From an uncultured Verrucomicrobiae bacterium (lineage in GTDB: Bacteria; Verrucomicrobiota; Verrucomicrobiia; Chthoniobacterales; JAATET01), in contig CAVRCI010000002.1 in NCBI GenBank assembly GCA_963719495.1, forward strand, positions 764,516 through 828,515: a stretch of 64,000 nt of DNA. The letters run 5' to 3'. Positions 38,063 through 48,168 of this stretch are shown piece by piece. The translations under genes were made by a program, and so were the position numbers. Below the pieces are notes generated by a model that ran no database searches, had not been told where the DNA came from, and saw only the letters and a list, made by a program, of their open reading frames with translations. Each line of letters begins with the position of its first letter. The stretch's first letter is position 1.

Positions 38063-39960
38063 AACGGCCCCGTCGAGTTCTGCCGGTAATCCTGATCGTC
38101 CTGATCTTCGGCGTCGTGGGCTACGTGATCGGAAAATCGACGGTCGGGACGATCGATACGTTGCCGGTGGTCGAGGTAGCCGCTGAGGCGGCCCCGTTGG
38201 AAGCCGTTTTCGTCGATTTGCCGCTGATCGCCAACGCGCCGCCGACCGCTCGATTCCAACTGCCCCCGGGCGACGTCCGCGACGCCGCTGGGATGACTGA
38301 TTACGTCGCGGCGCTGCGCGCGGCCGGTATCAGCGAGGATTTCGCGCGATGGCTGGCGATCCGGGCGGCGGTTCGCACCGACGCCGCGGCGGCGCTGGGG
38401 CTCGCGCGGAGCGAAGATCTGGTGAGGGAATGGGCGGCCGCGGTGGCGCTCGCGGATCCGGCGGGCGGCTTCGAGCTGCTGCGCTCGGTTAAGAGCCTCG
38501 AGCTCTTCGGACCCCTCGGGCCGAAGGGACCGGTCAGCGTTTTCTTCGAGACTCTGGGCCGGACCGATCCCGCAAGGGGTCTTGACCTGCTGGGGCGGAT
38601 GCCGTCCTTCCGGGCGAAGCAGTCCGCGCCCGCGCTCTTCGGGAGCTGGGCCGCGCTGGACGCGGACGCGGCGCTGGCGGCGGCGGAGGGCGAAACGGTC
38701 GGGATTCGCGAAGCGGCGATGCTCGGTGTGTTTCAGGAATGGGGCGCGCGCGACCGGCGGAGCATGCTGGCGTGGGCGAACGACCGGGACGAAAGTATCG
38801 CGACCGCGGCGATGCGCTCGCAATACGATCCCGGCGCGCCGCGCGATCCGCTGGAGCTCATCAAGCTGGCGGCTGAGTTCCCGAAGACCGCCGATTGGTT
38901 CACGCTCGTCAACTCGGTCGATGGGTTGATCCCGCTGGGTCGGCGGGGCTGGGAAGCGCTCCTGGACTTCCCGGAGGGATCGGTGCGCGACGGGATGACG
39001 TCGCGCTTCGCCTACCAGATGGCGAGCCGCGACCCGCAAGCGGCCTGGGACTTCGTGCAATCGCTCCCGGAGGCCGAGCGAGGCTCGTTCCTGGGCGGAT
39101 TCATTTTCCGGGAGCTGGCGAAGGTCGCGCCGGCAGAAGTGGCGGAGCTGGCGTTGGCGGGCGAGCAGACTTCCCACATCGGACTCTCGGAGGTCGTGGC
39201 GATCTGGGCCGGGTCGGACCCGTCCGCGGCACTCGATTGGTCGGTGCGGAACCTGACGGGCCGCGATCTCCTTGGCTCGACCGGCGGGGCGCTGCGGGGT
39301 TGGGCGATGAGCGATCCGCTCGCGGCTCGGCGGGCCCTCGACACGCTTCCGCCCAGTCTGCGGGCCCGGGCGCTGCCGGAACTCTACGAAGCGTGGGGGG
39401 CGACTCAGCCCGAGGGCGCGCTGGCCTCCGCCCGGGCGCTCTCGCCGATGGACCGGACGCGAGCGACGTCCGGCGTGATCGAGGGCTGGGCCTTCGAGCA
39501 ACCCGCCGCCGCGGCCGATGCGCTCGCCGGGCTGCCCGCCGATGGCTTGGAAAGGGCGTATGACCAGATCGCGTGGCGTTGGACGGCTCGGGATCCCGCC
39601 GCGGCGATGGCGTGGGTGACGACTCTTCGCGACGAAGGAAAAGCCCAGCGCGCCGCGAGGCTCGTGGCCGAGAGCTGGGCGCAGAAGGACGCGTCGGCCG
39701 CCGCCCAACGGGTGAACGCGCTGACGGCGGGTCCGCTGCGGGACCACGGGACGGCGGGACTGGTGCGCGCGATCCGCGAACTCGACCCGCCCGCCGCCGC
39801 CGGGTGGGCGCAGTCCATTCAATCGCCCGATCTGCGGCGATCCGGCCTCCGGGATGCGGTGGTGGCCTGGAAGGACAAAGACGTGGCGGCCGCCGGGCGA
39901 TTCGTCGACGGACTGGCCGCGGGACCGGAGCGGGACGAATTGCGAGGGATTCTCCAATGA
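38059..39960 (+). CDS. Membrane-anchored helical-repeat protein of unknown function (paralog)
   Basis: ATGA-coupled to the previous gene; many W..DP.AA..W units. Confidence 0.78.
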   Translation: MKRPRRVLPVILIVLIFGVVGYVIGKSTVGTIDTLPVVEVAAEAAPLEAVFVDLPLIANAPPTARFQLPPGDVRDAAGMTDYVAALRAAGISEDFARWLAIRAAVRTDAAAALGLARSEDLVREWAAAVALADPAGGFELLRSVKSLELFGPLGPKGPVSVFFETLGRTDPARGLDLLGRMPSFRAKQSAPALFGSWAALDADAALAAAEGETVGIREAAMLGVFQEWGARDRRSMLAWANDRDESIATAAMRSQYDPGAPRDPLELIKLAAEFPKTADWFTLVNSVDGLIPLGRRGWEALLDFPEGSVRDGMTSRFAYQMASRDPQAAWDFVQSLPEAERGSFLGGFIFRELAKVAPAEVAELALAGEQTSHIGLSEVVAIWAGSDPSAALDWSVRNLTGRDLLGSTGGALRGWAMSDPLAARRALDTLPPSLRARALPELYEAWGATQPEGALASARALSPMDRTRATSGVIEGWAFEQPAAAADALAGLPADGLERAYDQIAWRWTARDPAAAMAWVTTLRDEGKAQRAARLVAESWAQKDASAAAQRVNALTAGPLRDHGTAGLVRAIRELDPPAAAGWAQSIQSPDLRRSGLRDAVVAWKDKDVAAAGRFVDGLAAGPERDELRGILQ

Positions 39961-40232
39961 TGAAGCTGCCCGCGCTCGCTGCCGCCGCCTTGCTCGGGGT
40001 GCTCGGCGAGTCCGACCGTGAGCGGGGGCTGGATTATCTGAATGGAAACTCGATTGGGCACGTTCGGACCCTGACGCCGCCCGGGAATGGCTGGACTCGC
40101 AGCGGGCCGAGATCCGGGAGCAGGCGCAACGAGCCTACGCCAACGGATTGGCGAACGGTGACCCCGAGGTCGCCTTGGAAACGTTACTCGCGCGACCGGA
40201 GCTCGGGACCGCGGCGGGTCGAAGTGGCCTGA
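39957..40232 (+). pseudogene. Degraded remnant of a third helical-repeat paralog
   Basis: ATGA-coupled start MMKLPALAAAALLGV, then LGESDRERGLDYL (cf. LGRTDPARGLDLL), and out-of-frame SQRAEIREQA (cf. ETVGIREAA). Confidence 0.4.
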
Positions 40233-40382
40233 TGCGGTGAGGCGATGAGATTGGCTGCGAGCCAATTTTGAGTGGGTGATCGCCTGGAAGCCGATGCCAC
40301 GACCGGCCAGCCCGGGTGCCGATTTGGCGTCCGGGCTTTTTTTGGGCTTCGTTGCGCCGAGGTGCTCCGGAATGATGGCGGG

Positions 40383-41480
40383 ATGCCCGAAGACCGCGAT
40401 CCCATTACCGTCGAAATCGTCGATGTCGCGTTTGGCGGCAAGGGGGTTGCGCGATTGGCCAGTGGGAAGGTGTGTTTTGTCACCGGGGTGATCGCGGGTG
40501 AGCGCGTGAGCGTTCTCGTCAAAAAAGTCGGGCGGCGGATGGTCGAGGCTCAGCTGGACGCGGTTCTCGAGGCCTCGCCCTCACGGGTCAAAGCGCCGTG
40601 TCCTTACTTCGGGCCGTGCGGCGGGTGTTCCTATCAGCACGTGGCTTATCCGGCGCAACGCGCGATGAAACGCGGGCAGATCGGGCAGGTTCTCAAGCGG
40701 ATCGGGGGATTCGAGAACGTCGACGTGCGCGAGGTGACGGGTAGTCCGTTGGAGTATGGTTACCGGAACCGCATCACGGTGCATCGACGCGGGGGCCGGG
40801 TCGGATTTCATCAGAGCGAAGGGCAGGGGCTCGTCGATGTCGTGGAGTGCCGACTCGCTTCGGAGCCGGTGAACGAAGCTCTCACGAAGTTGCGATCGGA
40901 TCGACGGTCTCGCGACGGCGAGGCCGTGACGTTGCGCGAGCACGGCGGGAGGTTTGGATTTCATCAGACGAACGACGCCGTCGCGGCGTTGCTCCTCGAC
41001 GCCGTCGAGGCGGCGTGCGGCGAGGGTGGGCCTTTGCTCGTCGACGCGTATTGCGGGGCGGGGTTTTTCGCGCGGCGGGTGGCGGAGCGTTTTGGCAAGG
41101 TGGTGGGGATCGAGTGGAACGAGGGGAGCGTCGAGGTGGCGCGGACGGCGGCGGGCACGAACGAGGAATACCTCGCGGGCGACGTCGCGCAGCTGCTGGC
41201 CGAGGTGCTCGAGCATCCGAGCCGGGCGGAAGCCGTCGTGGTGCTCGATCCGCCGGCGCAGGGGGTCGATGGGCGGGTGGTGGCGGCTCTTGTCGAGCGC
41301 CCGGTGGCTAAGCTCATCTACGTGTCGTGCGATCCTTCGACGCTGGCTCGGGATTTGAAAGCGCTCGGGGCGGCTTACGATTTGCGCTGGGTGCAACCGT
41401 TCGACATGTTTCCGCAGACGGCTGGGGTCGAGGTGATGGCCGTGCTCGAGCGGCGGGCGACCGATTTGAACGATGACTAA
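40383..41480 (+). CDS. TRAM-domain RNA m5U methyltransferase (RlmD/TrmA family)
   Basis: CPYFGPCGGC, GFHQTN, DAYCGAG, LDPP, YVSCDP, DMFPQT. Confidence 0.9.
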   Translation: MPEDRDPITVEIVDVAFGGKGVARLASGKVCFVTGVIAGERVSVLVKKVGRRMVEAQLDAVLEASPSRVKAPCPYFGPCGGCSYQHVAYPAQRAMKRGQIGQVLKRIGGFENVDVREVTGSPLEYGYRNRITVHRRGGRVGFHQSEGQGLVDVVECRLASEPVNEALTKLRSDRRSRDGEAVTLREHGGRFGFHQTNDAVAALLLDAVEAACGEGGPLLVDAYCGAGFFARRVAERFGKVVGIEWNEGSVEVARTAAGTNEEYLAGDVAQLLAEVLEHPSRAEAVVVLDPPAQGVDGRVVAALVERPVAKLIYVSCDPSTLARDLKALGAAYDLRWVQPFDMFPQTAGVEVMAVLERRATDLNDD

Positions 41481-42663
41481 TATGCAAAGACGACGATTTG
41501 GACGGACCGAGCTGGCCATGCCGGTTCTCTCGTGCGGCGGGATGCGCTACCAGCAGGCTTGGAAAGACATCGAGCCGGGCGAAATCGAAGCCGCGGGGCA
41601 GGCCAATCTGGAAGCGACGATTCACCGGGCGGTCGAGGTGGGGATCAATCACGTCGAGACGGCGCGGGGCTACGGATCGTCGGAGCTGCAGCTTGGGCGA
41701 GTCCTGCCAACCTTTCCCCGGGAGGATTTGATCGTGCAGACGAAGGTGAATCCCAACGACGATCCGAAGGAATTTCTGGCGACTTTCGAGAAATCGCTGT
41801 CATTGCTGAAGCTCGAACACGTCGATCTGCTGTCCTTTCACGGGATCAACGACCGCGAAACGCTCGACCAAGTCATTCGACCGGGCGGGTGCCTGGAGGT
41901 CGGACGCCAACTTCAGCGCGAGGGCAGGGCGAAGCATCTGGGATTCTCCACGCACGGAATGCGGGATCTCATCGTCGAGGCGGTGGCGACTGGGGAATTC
42001 GATTATTTCAACGTCCATTGGTATTGGGTGAACGACCGAAACTGGCCCGCGATCGAGGAGGCGACGCGCCAGGATATGGGCGTTTTTATCATCAGCCCGA
42101 ACGACAAGGGCGGGAAACTCTACGAGCCGCCGCCGCGTCTCGTGGAATTGTGCGCGCCGCTGAACCCGATGGAGTTTAACGATCTCTACTGCCTGCTACG
42201 GCCGGAGGTGCATACGCTTAGCATTGGCGCGGCGAAACCTTCGGACTTCGATGCGCACTTGGCGGCGTTGGATAAGTGGGATCGGGCGGCGGCGTTGGTC
42301 GGACCGATCTCGGAGCGGCTGCACGCCGAATTGCGAAGCGTGCTGGGTGGGGATTGGATGGACGGATGGGACGAGGGAATGCCGGAATGGGATGCCGTCC
42401 CCAATCGCGTGAACGTGTGGGAGATTCTTCGGTTGGCTAACTTGGCCAAGGGCCTCGACCTGGTCGATTTTGGCAAAATGCGCTACAACCTGCTGGGCAA
42501 CGCCGGGCATTGGTTTCCGGGAGAGAATGCTTCGGAATTCGACGAGGCTGGACTCATTGCGGCGATGGGGGACAATCCGTTCGCCGAGTCGATCCCCGGG
42601 CGTTTGCGGGATGCGCACGAGCTGCTTTACGAAGCGCCGAAGAAGCGGTTGAGCGAATCCTGA
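41473..42663 (+). CDS. Aldo/keto reductase
   Basis: RRFGRTELAMPVLSCGGMR, HVETARGYG, VQTK, LGFSTHG. Confidence 0.88.
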   Translation: MTNMQRRRFGRTELAMPVLSCGGMRYQQAWKDIEPGEIEAAGQANLEATIHRAVEVGINHVETARGYGSSELQLGRVLPTFPREDLIVQTKVNPNDDPKEFLATFEKSLSLLKLEHVDLLSFHGINDRETLDQVIRPGGCLEVGRQLQREGRAKHLGFSTHGMRDLIVEAVATGEFDYFNVHWYWVNDRNWPAIEEATRQDMGVFIISPNDKGGKLYEPPPRLVELCAPLNPMEFNDLYCLLRPEVHTLSIGAAKPSDFDAHLAALDKWDRAAALVGPISERLHAELRSVLGGDWMDGWDEGMPEWDAVPNRVNVWEILRLANLAKGLDLVDFGKMRYNLLGNAGHWFPGENASEFDEAGLIAAMGDNPFAESIPGRLRDAHELLYEAPKKRLSES

Positions 42664-42667
42664 ATTT

Positions 42668-42742
42668 AGCCGCAAAAAAGCGCAGAAGGCTCAAAAAAAT
42701 GGAGGTGCGATTCCTTTCATTTTTTTGCGCCTTTTTGCGGCT
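42668..42742. repeat. Inverted repeat between convergent genes (possible bidirectional terminator)
   Basis: AGCCGCAAAAAAGCGCAGAAG ... TTTTTTGCGCCTTTTTGCGGCT. Confidence 0.55.
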
Positions 42743-44967
42743 CAATCGTTCTCGAAGAGGAACCCGTTTTCGACGCGACGGACTCGGTAGCCTTGTGCTT
42801 CGGCGGGTGCGGCAAGAGGTGCTGAGCCGTCCGACTGGGCGACGGGGATGGCTCGGGCTACGATCGGCGCTGCGGCGGCTCCGACCGGGACGGCGGTGGC
42901 GACCCGGGGAGCGGTCATGGTGGTCGAGCCGTGTTCTTCCAGTGACAGTCCGCAGGATTTGACGGGCGTCATCGCCTTCGGGATTTCGGCCGAGTAGGCG
43001 TCTCCGGCGGCTTGGCAAACCGCCGTTGCCTGGAGGCCCGAACGGCGACAGAGCGGACCGCGGACTCGCGCGATGTCGATCCCAAGCGGGCCGGCCGGGA
43101 AGTCCCGTTGCGAGGCATTTTCGATGAAATCGACCCAGATCGGGAGCGCGAGCGTGCTGCCGTAGCCTTTGTTCATGATGCGCCCGGGGCGGTCGAGACC
43201 GACCCAGACGCCGCAGGTGACGCTGCTGGTGTAGCCGACGAACCAGGCGTCCTTGTAGTCGTCGGTGGTGCCGGTCTTGCCGGCGGCGGGCACCGTCAGG
43301 CCAAGGGATTTGGCTTGGGCAGCGGTGCCGCTCGTGACGACCTCTTGGAGGATCTCGTCGACCATGGAATCGGCGGGTGGGTCGATGGCGGGAAGCGAGG
43401 CTTCGGTGGCTTTGTAGATCGTGCGGCCGGTGCGGTCGACGACTTTGCCAACGATGTAGGATTGGCGGCGGACACCGGCGTTGGGAAAGGTCGTGTAGGC
43501 CGTGGTGATGTCCTTGAGCGTGGCCTCGAAGGCTCCGAGGAAAGCGGCGGGGTTCGCGGCGATCTCGCCCAATCCTGCCCGGGCGGCCAGGGCGGTCACG
43601 GCGGGGAGGGTGGCAAAGTCGCCGGCGCGGACGGCCATCGTATTGCGCGAACGCACCAATCCGGTCGCGGCTGGCAGGAGCCCGGCGTCGCCACCGTCGG
43701 AATTTTTCGGCGACCAATTCGTGGTGATCGCAGCGATCTCTCCGGGTCGGATCGGGCCGTCGTCGATGAGCGTGCCGGGAAGGAGGCCGACTTCGAACGC
43801 CGCGGCGTAGATGAACGGTTTGAAGGTGGACCCGACCTGCCGCTTGGCGAGGAGAGCGCGGTTGTAACGGCTCTCGCGGTAATCGCGGCCACCGACGATG
43901 GCGAGGATGGCACCCGTTTTGTTCTCGATGGCGACCAGGGAACCCTGGAGGTAGGCGGGGTCGGCGTCACCTTCGGGATCGTGATCTGCGCGGGTCGGGT
44001 GATTCCAACCGGGTGTCGACTCGATCTCGGTAAGGTGGGCGTCGACGGCGGACTGGGCGACGAGCTGCAGCCGACGGTCGATCGTCGTGAAAACCTGCAG
44101 ACCGCCTTGGGCGATCGTTTCCGGCGCTAGAATGATGCGGAGGTCATTGATGACCGCGTCCATTGCGTAATCCTGCTGGATGACCGGTGGGAGACGCTTT
44201 GCGGCGGGCATTTGCTCCGCGCGCGCCGCGGTGGCTTCGGCGGCGGTGATGTCGTCCAACTCCTCCATGCGGGCGAGCACCTGGTCACGTTGCGCGATGG
44301 CTTTCGCGGTGTCCTCCAAGGGGCTGAAGCGGTTCGGACTGCGAATGAGGCCGGCCAGGATGGCGGCCTCGGACAGATCGAGATCCTTCGCATGTTTGCC
44401 GAAGCAGGCGCGCGCGGCGGTCTCGATGCCGTAGAGGTTTTGGCCGTAGAAGATGCGGTTGACGTAGGCTTCGAGGATCTGGTCTTTCGTCAGCTCACGC
44501 TCCATCCGCTGGGCGAGGAGCGCTTCGATGATCTTTCGCTCCCAGCGGTCGTCGGAGAGGACGAACGTATTGCGGGCCAGCTGCTGGGTGATGGTGCTGG
44601 CGCCTTCGGCGATCCCGCCGGACTTGAGATTGGCGATCGCCGCGCGAGCGATGCCGCGGTAGTCGACGCCGGAGTGTTCGCGGAAACGGCTGTCCTCGCG
44701 GGCGAGGAGGGCGGCGGTGAAGTTCGGAGAGACCTCCGCCAGCGGGACCACGTAGCGGGTTTCGCCCGCCAGTCGGCTGTAGCGGCGGCCCGTGCGGTCG
44801 AAGACTTCGGAAATGGCCGGAATCGTCGAGATTTCGGTCAGATCGAAGGAGTCGGCGAGCTTCTGGTATTTTTGATACCGGGGGTAAACGAAGATCCCGG
44901 CGGCGATCGCAGCGAGAAGGGCAAGAACGGCAAAAACGGCGATCAGACGAACGAAGAAGCTTTTCAT
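42742..44967 (-). CDS. Class A penicillin-binding protein (PBP1A family)
   Basis: EDSRF, GASTITQQLARN, STFK, SRN and KTGT motifs. Confidence 0.94.
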   Translation of the reverse strand: MKSFFVRLIAVFAVLALLAAIAAGIFVYPRYQKYQKLADSFDLTEISTIPAISEVFDRTGRRYSRLAGETRYVVPLAEVSPNFTAALLAREDSRFREHSGVDYRGIARAAIANLKSGGIAEGASTITQQLARNTFVLSDDRWERKIIEALLAQRMERELTKDQILEAYVNRIFYGQNLYGIETAARACFGKHAKDLDLSEAAILAGLIRSPNRFSPLEDTAKAIAQRDQVLARMEELDDITAAEATAARAEQMPAAKRLPPVIQQDYAMDAVINDLRIILAPETIAQGGLQVFTTIDRRLQLVAQSAVDAHLTEIESTPGWNHPTRADHDPEGDADPAYLQGSLVAIENKTGAILAIVGGRDYRESRYNRALLAKRQVGSTFKPFIYAAAFEVGLLPGTLIDDGPIRPGEIAAITTNWSPKNSDGGDAGLLPAATGLVRSRNTMAVRAGDFATLPAVTALAARAGLGEIAANPAAFLGAFEATLKDITTAYTTFPNAGVRRQSYIVGKVVDRTGRTIYKATEASLPAIDPPADSMVDEILQEVVTSGTAAQAKSLGLTVPAAGKTGTTDDYKDAWFVGYTSSVTCGVWVGLDRPGRIMNKGYGSTLALPIWVDFIENASQRDFPAGPLGIDIARVRGPLCRRSGLQATAVCQAAGDAYSAEIPKAMTPVKSCGLSLEEHGSTTMTAPRVATAVPVGAAAAPIVARAIPVAQSDGSAPLAAPAEAQGYRVRRVENGFLFEND

Positions 44968-45031
44968 TGCAGACGAGCTAAAGAAACGAGCGGCTGGTCG
45001 GACACGGCAGTTATTCGTTCGCGGCCCCCGT

Positions 45032-46141
45032 TTAGGTCGCCTCCGCCAGCGCGCGTGCTTCGTGCCAATCGCGGTAGATCAACGGCGAAATCTCGGATGG
45101 CTTGATTTCGCTGCGGCCGCCCCAGAAGACGTTCGTGTAGGCGACCGGGATACCGACGCGCACGAGGTGTTCGTCGATGGCGGCCTTGTGCTCGAGAAGG
45201 CGGTCGCGGTCGGTGCCGTGGGCGACGGCCATGATGTTGACGTCGTTGAATTCCGCCCCCCCTTCGCGCCAGTAGCAGTGGGTGAGAATCTCGTGGCGGC
45301 CGATCTCGGATCCGGCCTCGATTTCGCGTCCCGCCGGGACGGCCCAGTGGAACAAGCCGTTGAACCGCGTGACGCGCACTCCGCCCTGGGAGGGCTTCAC
45401 GTGCTCGAGGAAAGTCGAGAAGCGACCGATGACCTTGCGCTGGTCGAGCGATTCGGCGACGCGGCAGAATTCCTCGAGCGACACTCCGGCGGCGGCGGCG
45501 CGGCGATCCCAAGCTGGCTCGGCGATTTCCTCCGGGTCGAACTCGCGCTTCAGTTGCAGCAGGACGTCCCATTCGGCGTCGGTGAGATGAACGGTCGCGA
45601 CCTTGAGCATCTCGGCCGGGGCGTCCGAGCGGTCTCCAAATTTGATCGTTTTTCGGCGGACGTGGCCGACGCCGAGGGCGAAAATTCCCTTCGCGGGCAT
45701 CAGTCGGTAGGACTCGGCTCCGGTCAAGCGCAGCAGCGTGTCGCAATGCCCGGTGAGCTCATGGCCGGCGGGGACTTTGACCGTGGTCCACAACTTGTAG
45801 GCTTGCCCGGGGATTTTGGCGTCGGTCGAGCGGATGACGACGTGGCCGGAAAACGGGTCCTCCTTCGACATGAAATCGAACGTGGCGTCGAGCCGGTCGG
45901 CGGGGACTTTCCAGGCAACGAGCGCACCCTCGGCGAGGTTGGTCGCGACGAGGGTCTGGCGCACGCGGCGGATGGTGCCAGCCTCGAGCATGGCGCGAAT
46001 GCGGTTCGTAACGGTGTCGAGATCGACCCCGGAGAGGCGGGCAATCTCGGCGAAAGGTTCGCGGGAGAAGCCCCGGATTTTGTCCTCGGAGGTGGCGAGG
46101 ATGCGGGCGTTGGTCGGGTCGTCGTGCTCGATGGGTGTCAT
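45032..46141 (-). CDS. Fused siroheme decarboxylase-like (AhbAB/NirDL, AsnC-fold) protein
   Basis: Two AsnC-like halves with GHVVIR and THCYWR motifs. Confidence 0.7.
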   Translation of the reverse strand: MTPIEHDDPTNARILATSEDKIRGFSREPFAEIARLSGVDLDTVTNRIRAMLEAGTIRRVRQTLVATNLAEGALVAWKVPADRLDATFDFMSKEDPFSGHVVIRSTDAKIPGQAYKLWTTVKVPAGHELTGHCDTLLRLTGAESYRLMPAKGIFALGVGHVRRKTIKFGDRSDAPAEMLKVATVHLTDAEWDVLLQLKREFDPEEIAEPAWDRRAAAAGVSLEEFCRVAESLDQRKVIGRFSTFLEHVKPSQGGVRVTRFNGLFHWAVPAGREIEAGSEIGRHEILTHCYWREGGAEFNDVNIMAVAHGTDRDRLLEHKAAIDEHLVRVGIPVAYTNVFWGGRSEIKPSEISPLIYRDWHEARALAEAT

Positions 46142-46219
46142 GGAAAGCGGGGAGTATCGCCCAATCCGGGCGTCGGGCAAGGGCGGGGAGGAGGCTGCGA
46201 AGCTCGGGGCAGCGGGGAA

Positions 46220-47035
46220 TCAGCCGCGCCGGACCGAATGCGTCGCCTCGGCCAGCGGGCGGACGAAGGCCGCGATCTGGTCCGCGAGGTCCGCGGCGGT
46301 GGCGTGTTCGGCGATCCGGCGGACGATCGCGCTCCCGACGACGACCGCGTCGGCGTGTTGGGCGACGGAGGCGGCTTGCTCGGGATTCGAAATGCCGAAA
46401 CCGACGGCGATGGGGAGGTCGGAGTGACCTCTCAGTTCGGCGACCTGCGATTCGATCGTGTCGGAGAGCGCGGCCTGCTCGCCAGTGACGCCTTCTCGGG
46501 AAACGTAGTAGATGAAGCCCGCCGCCGAAGCGGCGATCTGCGCCATGCGCGCGGGCGGGGTGGTGGGAGCGATGAGGCGGATCGCGTGGATGCCGTGCGT
46601 GCCGGCGAGGTCGGCGTTTCGGGCCGCTTCGTCGGGGGGCAGGTCGAGAATGAGGACGCCGTCCGCGCCCGCGGCGGCGGCTTCCGCGTGAAAACGCTCG
46701 AATCCGAAGGTGTAGATCGGGTTCAGATACGTGAAGAGGACGATGGCGAGATCGGGGCAGCGCTCGCGGATCTCGCGCAGCGATTCGAGCAGGTTGGCGA
46801 CGGTGGTGCCGGACTCGAGCGCCCGGCCCGCGGCGGCCTGAATGGTGGCTCCGTCGGCGAGGGGATCGGAGAAGGGGACCCCAAGCTCGAGGACGTCGAC
46901 GCCGCTGGCGGCAAGCGCGCAGCAAATGTCGACCGTGGCGGCGCGGTTCGGGTCGCCTCCGGTGACGTAGGCGACGAAGCCGGCTTGGTGGTCCGCTTTC
47001 AGGCGGGCGAAGGTCGTGTCGATCCGATTGGCCAT
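46220..47035 (-). CDS. trpA: Tryptophan synthase alpha chain
   Basis: ELGVPFSDPLADG, LIAPTT, YVSREGVTG, VGFGIS. Confidence 0.96.
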   Translation of the reverse strand: MANRIDTTFARLKADHQAGFVAYVTGGDPNRAATVDICCALAASGVDVLELGVPFSDPLADGATIQAAAGRALESGTTVANLLESLREIRERCPDLAIVLFTYLNPIYTFGFERFHAEAAAAGADGVLILDLPPDEAARNADLAGTHGIHAIRLIAPTTPPARMAQIAASAAGFIYYVSREGVTGEQAALSDTIESQVAELRGHSDLPIAVGFGISNPEQAASVAQHADAVVVGSAIVRRIAEHATAADLADQIAAFVRPLAEATHSVRRG

Positions 47036-47291
47036 GGGCTTTTCCGCCGGTGGGCGGGCCGTCGAGTGGATGGGATGAGCGCGGGGCTTGTCAAGCGCGG
47101 CGCATTCGCCCGCCGATCCCGCTGGATCGAGGGGACGCCGAGGGCTCGGGCGGGATTTGCGCTCCGCGCGAGCTGGCGGGCCAATACCGGGTGGAAGAAT
47201 GGCGTTCGGGCCGCGGGCGGACCCGGTCGTCGGCGTGCGCGGAGCGCCCGATCCAGTGCGCTGACTTCCCGGCAGAATTAGCGAACCTCGA

Positions 47292-48143
47292 TCAGCGAAC
47301 CTCGATGTTTTCCATCGGGATGAGCCGCTGGAGAGCATCGGTGAAGACCCACTTTCTCCAGGAGGTTTTGCCTTCGGTCGATTGGCGGACCGTGTCGATC
47401 AGGCTCTCCGACGTGCGGCGGAAGTCCGGGATTCCACTTTCCCGAGCGGCCGAGACTCGTTTGGCATCGTAAACCAGCAGCCACCAGCCGTCGGAGGCGT
47501 CGGTGGCTTCTGGTGGAGTCACCTGGATCGTCAAGCCGCCTTCGGTCCGACTGCCGCCCTTGGCGTCGAGCGCGTAGAGGGCTTTGATCTGGGCGAGGTC
47601 GGTGAGGTAGGAGACCAGGAATTCGCGGCAGTGGGCGATCGTTTCCTCGGAAGGCCGGGTCCTGGAATAGTGTCCGATTTCGATCGCGGCAGGCCTCGCC
47701 GGGTCGCCGTAGATGTTGAGCTCGTATTGCGTGTTGGCCTGAAAAGAGAGGTAGGGGACGTTCTCGAAGAGCCCGGACTCGATGGGCGTCGCGGGGATGT
47801 TGTCGACGGTCGTGACCCAGTCCTCGGCGTAGAGATCGGTGAGGGGAATCCACCAAGCCGGGAGTTCGTCTTCCCCGAGTAATTCGCTGACGGGAAGATT
47901 CGCGGTGATCCCGTCGTAGATGCGGCGGATCGCCCGCTTGGCAAAGACGACCGTGCCTTCGCCGACTCGCATGACGACCCGGTCCTTGGACTGAGCGATG
48001 ATCGTGCCCGAGACCCGGTTGCCGCTCTTGAGCAGGACTTCGTCGACGGCGTGCGCCGGAAGCAACGCGGCGAGAATCGCCCCCGCCAGGATGGTTAGTT
48101 TGCGCTGCCGGAGGATGCCGGGTATGGCTTTGGGCGATTTCAT
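47292..48143 (-). CDS. Hypothetical secreted protein (paralog of 27197-28114)
   Basis: Signal peptide; YELNIYGDPARPAAIEIG and DGWW motifs. Confidence 0.75.
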   Translation of the reverse strand: MKSPKAIPGILRQRKLTILAGAILAALLPAHAVDEVLLKSGNRVSGTIIAQSKDRVVMRVGEGTVVFAKRAIRRIYDGITANLPVSELLGEDELPAWWIPLTDLYAEDWVTTVDNIPATPIESGLFENVPYLSFQANTQYELNIYGDPARPAAIEIGHYSRTRPSEETIAHCREFLVSYLTDLAQIKALYALDAKGGSRTEGGLTIQVTPPEATDASDGWWLLVYDAKRVSAARESGIPDFRRTSESLIDTVRQSTEGKTSWRKWVFTDALQRLIPMENIEVR

Positions 48144-48168
48144 CCCGAACGTCCTACGCAAATTCACC

